DNA of 64,000 nucleotides. Origin: Paramecium tetraurelia (Eukaryota). The stretch spans positions 1 to 64,000 of the forward strand of contig CT868163.1 of NCBI GenBank assembly GCA_000165425.1. Direction: 5' to 3'. The notes under the pieces were generated by a model, which saw only the letters and a list, made by a program, of their open reading frames with translations, searched no databases and had not been told where the DNA came from. The position numbers were made by a program, and so were the translations under genes. This document shows positions 14,101 to 27,625 of the stretch, piece by piece (the stretch's first letter is position 1; every line of letters starts with the position of its first letter).

Positions 14101-17010
14101 CTAAAAACATTTCTTAAAATCGGATTTATACATGTCTTTTGACAATCTAATTACTGTTGAAAAAATCTTTTAAGAAAAACCTTTAAGATTAACTGATGGT
14201 CCTCCATCTATCATAAATTATCTAGATGTACAAATAAACCTAAACAATAGAATGCTATTTTTTATTCTCTATTTATTTACTAAGTACTCCTGTAATTCCT
14301 TATCTGTGATATCATCAATAATATTTAATTATTTATTATGAAAATGAATTTTTTCAATTCTTTTAATATGATACTCATATGAGATAATCTTGTTAATCAA
14401 ATTCATGTTAATGTATTTGACTGTTGTGTAATTGATATTTGGTAAAATTTCATAAGCATAACCACAAATCTTCTTTATCTTGCTTATCTAAGATTAATGA
14501 AATTAACAAAGGTAACTTTGAACATAAGCACAACTATTTATATCCTCAGTAGTAATTTTAACTTTTGCTCTTTGAGTTAGACCTGAAATAAATGAATGTT
14601 TATCCTTTTTTATATTGTTTGAAAGGTCAAAATTAAATATTTAAGAATATTATTTAAATTTGTCTAACTCTCTTAATGCCTCAGCAACTGTAGGCCAGAT
14701 AGTGACTCCATTTTTTTCTCTTCCTTTTGAAACAACAGGAAGGTCAAAACGGTAAAAATTATACGAATTTCCTTCTTATGATGCATACAAAACAATAAAA
14801 TTTTTATCTGCTGTTAAATCCTTGTATTTTATTTTCCAAATTTATATTTTATTCTAAAAAAGAATTTTATATTTTAAAGTTGGATAATACAAATGCTATT
14901 ATTTAACTTATTATAATGTTCCATATTTCTCTTAGAGATAAGTGATATCATCTGTATTATAATTTATAAGACTCAATCTTTTAGCCAAGCAAATAGCTTT
15001 AAAAAAACCAAATCCTTTTCCTTTAATTACATCTTTCATCGATTCTTTTTTTTCGTCAAAATCTTCTCTAGGAGTTGGTTAACTTTGTGCATTGGCTTAC
15101 TTTTCAAAAGGGTTGCCAACCACATCAGGTGCTGTTTTAAATCTATTGAAATCTAAGAAATTTGTAATAGATTAAGGTTTTGATTATACTGGTCCAAGAA
15201 TAGTTTACTATTTCTCTTATTATCTCTTTTTTCTAAATACTCCCATTCGTATCAAAGATTTAATTTTATTGATATTAATTCTAACTTTGTCACTAAAATT
15301 TGCTTTAAGTTAAATAAACTAGGATTTTAACCCTAATCTTGGTTTAATAGCAAATGAGTTTTGTCTTGTAAATTTAGATCTTCTTTTTGTTTTCTTAATT
15401 AGATCTTTCATTTATAATTATCTATCACTCACAATTAAATAAGGTGGATCATCAACATAAGTTAATATTTTTAGAAAGTGTTTTGTAATTAATTTAGGTA
15501 ATTTTTTACCTCCTGGTGATTCCAAATGAAAATATCTTAAATTAAATAGAACAACTAAGCTCATAATGCTAATTTTTGGTTTAGGAGTAATCAAAGCTTA
15601 GGACATAAATTTTGTTGGTTCTTTGGATGTTAATTTGCTATCCAATACTTCCTGGATAATTTCTTATTTCTTAAGAGGTGAAAACTCCTCTTATCTGCTG
15701 TGCCTCTTTGTAAGTGGAACAGATGTAATAATATTCTTATAAATCCTTCCGACTGAAGGTTTTTAATGTAGTGGCTTTCGCTTTTAGAAGGATTTGATCT
15801 TATAATTATCAACTTCCTACCACATCTCGTTACTAAATATGGATTCAGGCTAAAACTAACTAGGTGGTCTACTTAACGAAGCTTATCTGCTGTGAAAAGT
15901 TGATTTAGCTGCCCTCTCCGATTACTTAGTTAAATCTAATTAAATTTGTTATATTTATTAAGCGTTGTATAAACTGGATATTGATTCATAATGGGTGTCC
16001 CTTTTGAATGTTGATGATTGTTTCAGATTTTCTTCCGAAGATAAAAAACTAATCAATGATCTTGTTATCTTATGACTAGGCTTTTAATCAAATCTAAAGG
16101 TTTTTCTTTTGAATAATGCCTTCCCTAATTTATCATAATATTTATCCAGCATCTCTAAAACTTAATCGTATTTTTTAGCTAATTGCTAATCAATTGATTA
16201 TTAAGGTTTTTTATAGAATTGTTAAGAAATTTAAAGTAATATCTAAATCTCATTGAATAAGTTCTCAGCTAAACTCGGAGCTATTCCTCTACTGATTGGG
16301 TATAATAATTTGATCTCAAAATAAAGAAATTAAAAGAAATCTTCTTTAGGCATATTTGCACATGCTTTAACAGAATCTATCAATTTTGGAGACAAAAATA
16401 CAATATTTTCTTAACTTTTTAACAAATGCATCTCAGTTACAAATGATTTAAGATTATACATGGTATAATATTCGTGTTTAACATTCATTAATAAATGGAT
16501 AGATTATTATTCTTCTCCCATTAAATATGTTTAGTAAGCCTAAAATATTAAAAATTTCAGTCTTATTAAAGTATTTTTAAAATGTTAAAGCTCAGGGAAG
16601 ATTATTTATTCAAAATAATATAACTGATTCTTCATCGATTTTTACTTAAGCTATTTATTTTTTAAGATAGCCCATTTTAACCACAATTCCATAACTGAAT
16701 TCGAAATTTGATATTTTTAATAAAATAGCTTATACTTTTTCATTTTATCAATGCTTTTTCCATTCATAAGAGTATTTGTAATTTCATTAAGATCTAAAAA
16801 CATTCTTGCAATTAAAACTCTTTACAATTGTTCTGGTTGAACATACTCTATCCTGGGAACCATAAAATTGTCTAATACAAACTATTCAAATCCTAAATTT
16901 TTCCTTTAATTAAGTTTCTTCATGTAGCCCGCACTTTCAAGTTATAGTAATCTTGTTTCTTTTTAGAATAAGTGGCTGAAATTTAGGCATTATAATAAAT
17001 AGTAATTCAT
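11131..17010 (-). CDS. Very large hypothetical protein (~1,960 codons)
   Basis: Starts MNYYLLQCLNFSHLF, ends ALQRFMSTL*; span 5,880 nt is 3n and the sampled stretches are open in table 6. No domain recognised; the frame was not checked codon by codon. Confidence 0.7.
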
Positions 17011-17516
17011 TTATTATTATAATAAAACATAGAAGATTAAATTAAAATCAGAGTAAAGAAAACTAAATAAATTAACATTGATATAGATTAATATTATTTG
17101 AGATTCAGGATCTAACATATTTATTTGTTTTTAATGAAACTAGCCTAGTATTTTGTAGTTTATTTACTATTTTCATCAATCTAAATTGATTAGTAAGAGA
17201 AATCCATGTTGTTATTTTAAAAAATAAATAAATTGAAATATTAATTCTAATAGCTGAGTTCATAGAAATAAAATAATGAATCATCTTAATTAATAGTAGT
17301 AAAATTTATGATTAAGTTAAATTATTGTTTTACATTTTTGAATTATTATCAAGACATTTTATGCATTACCTATATGAGTAATTTTAATATCTTATAAATG
17401 AATAATAAATTGATATATTTTTAAAGATTTTTTGAAAAAGGACAGAAATTTTAAAATAAAAAAGGAATTTATTGCAACGAAAATTTTAAATACTATTATT
17501 TTGTGATTTTTGTTTA

Positions 17517-19970
17517 ATGTTTGACGTAGACCTTAACCAAGATGGAACTTAAAATAGATTAACATTCCAATCATTTAAGAGAGGAAAGAAAAACTTTTCC
17601 TCATGATAAAATATAATGAAAAGAGGGAGAACGAAAAGATGCAAATGGAGGAAGCCGCAAAAAAATTTGTCCCAATTGATCCACTTACTCAAAAAAAGTT
17701 CGATCGACCTACAAGAGCAGGAGGTGTTTATGTGCCTCCTCATAAACTAAGGGAAATGGAAAACGAAATAAAAATGAGTAATAAAAATAGCGTTGAATAC
17801 TAAAGATTGATGTGGGAATTATTAAGAAAATCAATAAATGGTATTATCAATAAAGTAAATATTACAAACATATAAAATATCATCGTTGAATTATTTAATG
17901 AAAATATATTAAGAGGGAGGGGATTATTAGCAAGAGCAATTATAAAAGCCTAAATGGCATCACCAAATTTTACTATGGTTTATGCTGCTTTGATCTCTGT
18001 TATCAATACTAAATTGCCAGAAATTGTGAATTTGATAATAAGAAGAGTGATTGTTTAATTTTAAAGAGCGTACAAAAGGAATAATAAAATAGTGTGTATG
18101 GCAATTACAAAAATGATTGCTCATCTCATAAATTAAAAAGTTTTAAGCGACTTAGTTGGATTAGAATTACTTTACATTCTCCTAGAGAGTCCTACTGAAG
18201 ATTCTGTAGAATTAGCTTGCGATTTTACTATAGAATGTGGGTAAGTTATGAGTGATATTGCTCCCTAAAATGTTTCCACAATATTCGAAAGATTTAAAGG
18301 AATATTGCATGAAGGAACCATAAGTAGAAAAGTTTAGTATAGAATTGAGTAACTATTTGCAACTCGTAAAACTAAGTTTGTTGATCACCCAGGAGTTATT
18401 CCTGAGTTAGATTTAGTTGAGGAAGATGATTAGATTACACATTAAATAGACATAGTTGATGAATTAGATGCTGAGGATAATCTAAATTTATTTTAGTATG
18501 ATTCATTTTTTGAAAAAACTGAGAATGAATGGGAAGAAATCAAAAAAGAAATTTTGGGAGAAGAGAATATTATTATGTTAAAAACTAAGTAATAGGTTGA
18601 TTTCATGCCTGAGATAGAAGAGGAATAAGAGTAGGCTAAAGATTTTACAGAAAGAGATCTTTTAAGTTTAAAGAGAGTTATTTATTTAACAATCTAAAGC
18701 AGTGTTGATTATGAGGAATGCTTGCATAAAATAATTAAAATGTAAACAGGAATTGGTCATGAAGATGAAGTTTGCAATATGATTATTGATTGTTGTATGC
18801 AAGAGAGAACATATTTAAGGTTTTTTGGACTTTTGGGATAGAGATTATGTGAAATTGCTGAAATCTTTAGAGATAATTTTATGAAATGTTTTGTAGAGAA
18901 ATATGCAACAATGCATCGTTACGAAACTGCAAAAATCAGAAACATTTCTAAATTCTTCGCTCATCTCTTTTTTACAAATGCCATTGATTGGAGAATCTTA
19001 AAATGTATTTCATTAACATAAGAAAGTACTACCTCTTCAGGTAGAATTATGATTAAATGTTTATTCTTGGAATTGGCTGAAAATATGAGTTTACCTGTAT
19101 TAAAGTCAAAATTGATGGATCCAGAACTCAAAGATTACCTAGCTGGTCTATTTCCAGTTGATCATCCTAAAAATACAAGATTTTCAATTAACTTTTTCAC
19201 TAGTATTGGATAAGGGTTATTAACTGAAGAATTAAGATAGATATATGAATAATAAAACAAAATAGAATTTTAGCACGCACAGGAAGTAACTATTATATTC
19301 TAATTTTTAGGCTTTAAAACAATTCGGTACCTCTGCTGAAGAAGATAGTGGCAGTGATGAAAGTGACAGTAGTGAGGATTCATCCTCAGATGATAGTAGT
19401 GATAGTGATTCTTCAAAGGATAAGTAAAAAAAGAATCAATAAGATAAAAAAAGAAAAGAGGATGAAGTTCCTGTTAAAGAAAAACCAAAAGAAAAAGAAA
19501 GAGGAAAATAAAAAGAGAAGGAGAAGCAAAAAGAAAAGGATAGAGAAAGAGAGAAAGAAAGAGAAAAAGAGAAGGATAGAGAAAGAGAAAAAGAAAAAGA
19601 AAGAGAAAGAGAAAGAGAGAAGGAAAGAGAAAAAGAAAGAGAAAGGGAAAGGGAAAGAGAAAGAGAAAAAGAAAGAGAAAGAGAGAGAGAAAAGGAAAGA
19701 GAAAGAGAAAAACAAAGGGATAGAGAAAGGTAAAAGGAAAAGGAAAAAAAAAGAGAAAAGGAGAGAGAAAGAGAAAGAGAGAAAGAAAAAAAATAGAAAG
19801 AAAAAGAAAAAAGGGATCAAAAAAAAAAATAAAAAAGTCCAACCCCCAGCCAAAGTGAAAGTTTAAGTGATAGTAGAAGCAGAAGCAGGAGCAGAAGTGA
19901 AAGCGTTAGTAGCAGCTAAAGCAGTAGCAGTAGTAGCGAAAGCAAACCATAGCATAAAAAACACAAATGA
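17517..19970 (+). CDS. CWC22: Pre-mRNA splicing factor CWC22 (MIF4G + MA3)
   Basis: [71 protein letters not shown]. Intron 19286-19310. The start at 17517 needs an inferred intron 17526-17557, otherwise the start is 17603. Confidence 0.93.
19490..19830 (+). repeat. Purine-rich GAA/AGA/AAA low-complexity repeat encoding the EK/ER/RD mixed-charge tail of CWC22
   Basis: Almost pure A/G on the + strand; in the spliced CWC22 frame it reads [13 protein letters not shown].. Confidence 0.9.
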
Positions 19971-20129
19971 ATTTATTAGCTAAATTATTTTTATAGTTGA
20001 AAATATTCTAACACAATAGCGTGATTTACTAAATCTATTTCTTATTCATGGTTTTCATATTTTCAATTCTTATTTAAAATACAAAGAGAAGTCATTTAAA
20101 AGAAATTTTATAAGGTTTTTAATTAAATG

Positions 20130-20800
20130 TCATCTTAAAATCATTAAAGGGTTTTTAATCTAAAGGTAGACAAAGTCGGGAAAATATCTAAATAATATTA
20201 GAGTAATACTTGATGATCCAAAAAATTTTGCCATTTAAGAGTCTGTTCTAAGATTATATTTTGGTGTAACCATTCTCCTTTGTTTATTACTTTTTTTTTA
20301 AATCAATGCCTGGATGTTTTCCTGCTTTGCCTCATGAATTTAATGTAATTGGCTCATAGGGAGACTACTTAAGATTTTATTGAGAGTATAATTTGCTCTA
20401 TTAAAAGAACCTGAAGAGATCTAATTACTTATTTCTTTATACAATATACCTCTCTAATTATGCAGTTTAAAACCTACTCATTGAAAAGGGCTTTCTTTTT
20501 ATTATTTTCTATTGTTGTCTTTTTAGATATGCTAAACTTTTAAATAAAATTACGCTGAGTTGAATTATTGTTTTGGTTGACATTAGGTTAATTGAATTCT
20601 TGATGAATTTCAGTTTTCTTTTAATTCTTACGATGTAATAGCTCAAAATATTATGGAATACGAAATTAAGTAAGTTGTTAAAATGATTAACTATAAGGTT
20701 TAGGTAAGTTGGAGTAATCTAAATATTTGCCATCCTCTTATGATATTTTTTTATTTGCTTCGATTAATTCAGCGTAGGGTGAACTAGGTTTTTTTCTCAT
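20130..20800 (-). CDS. Hypothetical basic protein
   Basis: MRKKPSSPYAELIEANKKYHKRM..; the frame is restored by introns ~20421-20449 and ~20188-20209. The 3' end is less certain. Confidence 0.6.
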
Positions 20801-21368
20801 AATAATAATTAATTATAATGATAACAAGATTAGTTATAAATAGTAATATAATAACAAAAAATAATATAATCATCGAGTTGACTTAATTATATAGCTACCC
20901 AAACCTACAGAATTAATTTCAAATATTAATTATAAGACTGATGGAAACAAATAAATTTGTTAAATAACCTATTTGAATTTGAAATTCAGAAAAAAGAGTA
21001 TGATAATGCTTTGAAATCAAGAATTATAAATTCCTTATATTTTCCAAGAAAATAAAGGGAAGGAAGAATATTCAAAAGAATTCCTGAATAATGAGAATAT
21101 TTTATAGAGCAGGTTATAGGAATGTTAGTTTACATTAAAAATTAAGAAATGGATGAGAATTTTATTATTAAAATACTAAAATAATTAAGAAGATATAAAA
21201 GAATATAAATTATTTTGCTCTAAATAATTTAATTAAATAATAATTTATTGGCAGAATTAATAAAGTTAAGAAAGAAATCATTCTATAAAACATTTTAGTA
21301 AAATAAAAGTGAATTAACAGATGAATGGATTGAAAGCAAAAAACGAATATGCTATAAATCAATAGTAA

Positions 21369-22439
21369 ATGAATAAAGTCTTATTGCTTTTGGTTGTTTT
21401 AAGTATAGCACAATCAGTTTTTGTTAAAAGATCAAACGATCCTACAAAGGCTGTTTTTACTTAACTTGAAGCTATGGAAGAACATGAATTAGGAAAAAAA
21501 CTCTTAGACACCATAGCTCTGCAATTAAATAACAAAGCCCCATTATCAGACATTGCAAAGATGCTTTAACAATTGAGAGAAAATCTGATTCTTAATTAAT
21601 AAGAAGCAGATTAAAAGCATGCTCAAGATGAAGTTGATTGTGAAACAGAAATTTACTAATACAATAGAAGAATAGATTATGCTTCTGCTGAAATAACTGA
21701 CTCTACAACAGAAATAGCAACATTGACTTCAAAAGTTGAATAATTAGCTTAAGATGTTGAGAATAAAAAAATATAACTTGATATTTTAAATGAATAAGAA
21801 ACTCAATTAACCGAATAAAGAGCTAATGATGCTGACGATTTTATAAAATTTGAGCACGAAACTGAAAACGTGATAGAGGCAATTGAAGTTATTTTTACTA
21901 AATTATCTTCAATTTAACCTGACTAAGAAGTAGTTTAAATTTTAACATAATTAAATTAAATTGGTTCATCAAATCCAATTTTAGCATTAATGTAAGTAGC
22001 ATCAACATTCTCAAAGGATCAATTGAATAATGTGTTAAATAAATTGAGTGAAGTGAGCGCCTCTTTGGAATAGAGTCTACATGATGCCAGATAATCTGAA
22101 ATTTAAGCCTAATTAGATTATGAAAGATTAATGGTTGAAATAGAAAGTCAAAGAGAATCATTGTCATCAGCTAGAGAAGATTCTGAAAGATAATTGAAAG
22201 ATAATGAATAAGCTTTGGACCTTTAAAAGAAAAGAAAGGAAGATGCTACTGATGAATTAAATGCTGCAACTGCTGGAAAGGAATAAAAAGAAGGTGAATG
22301 TGAGGGATGGAGAACTTAATATGCTTCTGATACTGAACATAGATAACAAGAAATTTCAATTATTAGATAAATTGAAGAAATATTGGCAACTAAACTCAAA
22401 AACGTCAAAGTTTATTTATTAGAAAGATCCTCTGCATGA
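21369..22439 (+). CDS. Trichocyst matrix protein (TMP/Grl family) precursor, intronless, 356 aa
   Basis: Signal peptide MNKVLLLLVVLSIAQS; LGKKLLDTIALQL..PLSDIAKML; acidic heptad coils; C-terminal CEGWRTQY..RQQEISIIRQIEEIL typical of TMPs. Confidence 0.85.
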
Positions 22440-22639
22440 TAATATTTTTATTCCAATTAAAATATTTTTATTATCTCTTCACTAAAGTTGTGAAATAATA
22501 GTTTCCTAATTAATATTTATTATTACATTAAGAAGTCTATTTTAATTGTATGTTTTACTGTGTTTCTATCATTTATTTATTAGTAAATGGAATAATTTAA
22601 TTATAGTTTTTATAATGTTATAGATATACTATTAATTAA

Positions 22640-24556
22640 ATGGAATAATAAAATGATGTCGTAACTTAGGATTAATAATAAGGATTGAAAGAATAACTTG
22701 ATAAGACTTCAACTCAAAATCAGCCAACAGAATAATCTATTGCTGGAAACCCTGAAAAAACTGAGACCATTCCAATGATCGATCCATTAATGGATTAAAA
22801 TGCAGATCAACCTTCAAATTAGGATAATTAAACATAAGAATCAAATGATCCTTCTAAACCAAATCCATTTTACACTTATTCAATTTTGGCAAAAGAGTTT
22901 ATTTTATTTAGCCTTCCCTATTTATATTTTATATTTGCTGCTCTTTATAGGATTTATTAGCTTTAGAAATTGCAAGATGTTACACTACAAAGATAATCCA
23001 TAAGATCTTAATTAAGCGATGAGGATGTGTAATTATTAAACATATATTAATTAGCCCTAAAACAAATCCTCCATCCTTGAATATCAAAATTATCATTTCA
23101 TATTGGCTTTGCTTTGTCTGTACTTTATCAATGACACTGGGATTTTTTGGTCTAATTATGACTATATCACCAAAACTATACTTCATTTGGTTGATCCCAA
23201 TTGTTGCTCATATTGTTTCTGTTATTTTGTTAAAATAAGAGTTTAAATTTTAAGAATAATAGGCAACTTGGACCCATAGAGTAATAGTTTATCAACTATC
23301 AACTAGATATTTTGGCCTTTATAGACTGCATTTTTAGTTGTTAGAACATCATAAGAATATCAAACTCTTTTGAGTAGTGCATTAATAATTTTGTAATTGT
23401 TCCCATCGCTCATTTTATTGATATATGCATTGTATCGACCAAATGATAGAACAAGAATACCAGATGACACACCAAAATTTGCAAAATAATTGATGAAATC
23501 ATTAGAAGAATTTAAAATATTTTAATCAGAAAATAAATCAATCAGAGAATCTACACTAAATAGAACCAAAACTAAAAAAGAAAACACAACTATAACAAAG
23601 TAATTATCATCAGCATTTTCTGACCTTATTCAAAGCAAGAATTAAAACGAATAAGAACAGTTTTTAAGGGATAAAATGCCAGAAAGGAGTGTTAGTATAA
23701 GTAAAAAAATAATTAAACGCTTTGTTAACGACAATGAAATACTATATTCATATTTGATTATTACCGTAATTGATGGTCATACATTTTAATCAGAAAAGCG
23801 TTACCCTGAATTTTTGAATATTGAGAGAGTACAAATTGATCATTTTAATAAATACAACGCAAGTTCCTTTAAAATTTAGAGAATAGATCTATAATTGGGA
23901 GAGGATGAATTTTCCTATGTTCTAAGAAGGAGGGAATATTTAGAACGATGGCTTTAAGAATAATTAGCTAACCCAACTTATGTAACAAAAAATTTACTTG
24001 ATTTCTTGGGAGTGGATGAAGAAATGCAGCAGCCGTTTTTAATATATTAATAATTGATTTCAAAGACTAGATCTTAGATACGACCAAAGAGTTATTAAAA
24101 ATCTTAAGAATATGAATTATAAGCTCTCAGAGTAAATTCTGAAGAAAATTTGGTTGCTTTAGATTATTCTGAACTTCAATTCTCATCTAATTGTGTCTAA
24201 TATGAATATGGCATGTATGGATCCAATTCAATAGAATTTGTTATCAATATCAAATACAAAGAAAAGTAAAAATATCCGTAATCAATGTTAGGAACACAGA
24301 ACATGTATATAGGATCTTGAAAACACTGTCTTGTATAAGATAATTTAGTGAGTAACTTGAATTATAAAGTGGTCGAGCATTGCCGCCTAATTTAAAAATA
24401 ACAAAATAAATTTTAAATCTGACAACGAATGAAAAATTAACATTTGTGGATGAATTTTTTAAAGAATTATTAGGAAATCATGAATACTTTTCAAGTGAAT
24501 TTTTTGATTTTATAGGGTTTGATATTAATAATAGATGTCCAAAAGAATAAAGTTGA
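22640..24556 (+). CDS. Multi-pass membrane protein (~5 TM, TMD0-like) with two C-terminal PX-like domains
   Basis: Hydrophobic segments 22890-23435; PX1 SEKRYPEFL..RRREYLERWLQEQL..LLDFLG; PX2 EFVINIK..KTLSCIRQF..LPP..FVDEFFKELL..FFDFIG. Three 26 nt introns. Confidence 0.75.
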
Positions 24557-24647
24557 TCAATTTTTATAATATTAATTTATTTATAAGTATAATAATGCAT
24601 AAATGAAATGATAGCTCTTTGAGCTTATATTATTAATAACGATTTAC

Positions 24648-25391
24648 ATGATTAAATTATATTTAGATTGGATTTCACAGCCATCCAGAGCTGTAAAGGC
24701 AGTCTTAGATATCCTCAAAGTACCTCATGAGGTCAAGCCTTTAATGATTTAATATAATTAACATAAATCCCCTGAATTCACAGCAATTCATCCATTATAA
24801 TAATGTAAGGAAGTTAATAAAGTTGATAGTGCCTTTATTACAAGATGGAGATTTTACTGTTGCTGAAAGCCATAATATTATGAGATACATTATCAAATAG
24901 AAAAATATTTCAACTAATTTGTAAGTTTCTAAAAAATACTAAGATACCCACTTACAGACATCAGATAATAAACTAGAATTGATCAATATCTTGACTATCA
25001 TCATACAAATACTAGAAGATGTTTTCACTTTTACTATTCAGTGCTTATAGCCCCAAGGAAGGGATAAAAGGTTATCCCTGAAGTACTGGAAAAGGAAAAA
25101 TATGATGTGGAAAAAGTGTTTTAATATTTTGAGAACAGTAATTATTATAAAACATATGTAGATTGGCTGAAAGGTAAGAACTATATTTGTGGAGATTAAG
25201 TCACTTTAGCTGATATAAGTGCATGTAGCGAAATGATGTAATTAGATATGATTAAATTTGATTTCAAAAAATATCCAATTACAAATGCATGGCTTCATAA
25301 GGTGATAAATATTCCAGAACTTTATCAAGCACATCATGTCGCTTTTAAGATTATCAAAAAATAAAACCCAGGTTCTTAATTCTTGAAATGA
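24648..25391 (+). CDS. Glutathione S-transferase, theta-like
   Basis: MIKLYLDWISQPSRAV, LPLLQDGDFTVAESHNI, VTLADISA. Introns 24805-24829, 24921-24943, 25138-25161. Confidence 0.92.
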
Positions 25392-25468
25392 ATTAAAATA
25401 TCGAATATACATATATGGAATAGCAAGTTGTATTAATATATAATTAAAGCATATTAATGTATATGTTA

Positions 25469-26149
25469 TCAAAAGGTTGAGCAACAGCATTTTTCTTCGT
25501 TTGAAAGTTTTTAGTCTTTTTATATGGTACTTGTAACGTTTTGCAAGGTTTAAGATTAAGACTTTAAGACTTTCATTTTGATGGCCCTTTTTATGGCTTG
25601 GTCAAAGATTTCCTTCAAACCATCTTGTGTTAATGCAGAACATTCCAGATATTGGCAATTCATTTTATCAACTTTTGATTTTGCCTAAAGGGTGAATTAA
25701 ATGGATAGTTACAGCTACCAATTAAACATGTTTTGGATTGGCTTCGTTTCTCATATCTATTTTATTTCCAACGAATATTTTTGGTACACTCTTTAATTCC
25801 GGAACCTCTAATTCTGGATACCATTTGTTGGTTGCATTTTCAAAACTAGATTCCTCAATAACTGAGAAAACAACCAAAAAGACATCAGCTGAATTATATG
25901 ATAGTGTTCTTAATCTATTATAGGTTTCTTATCCTGCAGTATCCCATAAACTTAAGTTAATCATTTTGCCATCAACAGCTGTCTGAGTGGTATAATTTTC
26001 AAAAACTGTAGGAACATAGTCCGATGGAAATTTATCAGTTGTATAGCTATGGATTGTTAGTGGAAATACCTGAGGAGTATACAAGTTTTGCCTACGTTTC
26101 CGTCGCCTACAACGACAAGTTTAATTGTAATAGGATCTATTTCTGACAT
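25469..26149 (-). CDS. Rho/Rac-family small GTPase
   Basis: [45 protein letters not shown]-terminus CCCSTF (CAAX). Introns 26047-26069 and ~25686-25712. Confidence 0.95.
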
Positions 26150-26242
26150 CACTCAAAATATTTATTTAATTATTGGAAGTAGAAAGGAATATTTTAATGT
26201 AATTTAATAATGAATTCATTTACTTTTATTGAATGAATAATA

Positions 26243-27469
26243 TCAAAATGCTCCCTTGAGTTAAGATTTAACATAGTCGGTAAATCTTGGTTGATTCAAT
26301 AAATCCAAGGCTTAGTGGGCAGCATTTAATTCCTTGTTGTATTCAGCAACGGTAGCATTGTAGACATCAGTTGCGAAAGCATAGTCATCATTTTCTGCTT
26401 ACAATTATCCATTCAATGTGTCTAAATCAGCATGTAAGGTATCAATTAAATCAAGGGTTTATTCAATCTTGTCTATTAATTATTACTATTAACAATTTAC
26501 TTGCATTGGCTTCAATTTCAGCTGTCTTAACTATAACAGCTCTTTAGAATTCAGCATGTTCTTAGTTTAATTGAATGACTCTGGCTTCAAAGTCCTTTTA
26601 GGCTTCAGCTTCATCAGCAGTGAGTTGGTTGAGTGAGTCAACTAATTGAACTCTCAAGTTGTTGAAGGCAGTCAAAATCTATGAAAGGGTTAACAAGGGA
26701 TACATACTTCTCTAAGGGCACCTTGATCAGCGAAATTAGCTTCAACAGCAATTTCCAAAAGAGTCTTGATGAAGGTTTAGAATGTGCTGTGTCTTTTGAG
26801 TGATTATTAGATTTTGGTCAAATTCTTTTAGACCTTTTAGATTTAGACAAGGGATGGTGATTCCAATTGGCTGAGTAATTATAATGATTCATCAATAGCT
26901 CCAATGGCTTCATTGTGTTCAGCAACCTAAGCTTCAAATTCGGCATGGTCCTTAGCTCTTTGAACTGTTGATTCGTTAAGGGTCTTTCTGTTTTGAGCAA
27001 TGTTTTCTTATAATTATTCAAGTTGAGCAGCAAATCTATCTCTTTATGGGATCAATACGTTATCATAGAAATCGTGGGCATTGAAGACCTCTAAAGGAAA
27101 GGTTTAAATCTAATAAAATACCTCTTTCTTTATCTTAGATTTCTTATTCAAGTCTTGAAACTTCTCTGTTGTGAATGTCTGTTCTTCTTGCATATTAATG
27201 ATGGACTTCTGCTAATTCCTCATCCAATTCGTCAATCTAAACGAATTAATGAAAAAAGTAATTACAAGTTTAGCAATTTCAGTGTTTAATTCTGAAAGGA
27301 TACCTCCTGTACTTAAATGGAGTTCACCAAAGTTCAAAATGAAATTACCCCAACCAGATTGTTTAATTTGAGCAAAAGCTTTTTGGTCATGGCTTGTCCA
27401 AACTGAGTTTGTGACATCAATTGCTGTTACGCTAAGGATAAGCAATGTGCAGACTGCTAATTTGTACAT
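26243..27469 (-). CDS. Trichocyst matrix protein T1-family precursor
   Basis: [52 protein letters not shown], recognised as the Paramecium T1 N-terminus. Four short introns, strong codon bias, ends QLKGAF*. Confidence 0.93.
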
Positions 27470-27625
27470 ATATTGTAATTAATAATGAAGCCAACACCAG
27501 ATAATTAAGTGTTAAAAATTCCAAAAACGAATTTTATTTTTTTATATATTTATATTAATATCATACTAGCAAGCCAGCTCATAATAATAATATTAATATA
27601 ATTAAAAATATATATATAAATAAAG

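Noticed and set aside
19348..19866. ORF-track K-rich and F/L/S-rich ORFs
   Set aside because: Wrong-frame and antisense shadows of the CWC22 purine repeat.
20942..21368. Long + frame interrupted by a single TGA at 21092 (read-through or selenocysteine?)
   Set aside because: No start codon, no redox motif and no SECIS seen; long frames arise easily in AT-rich DNA with only one stop codon.
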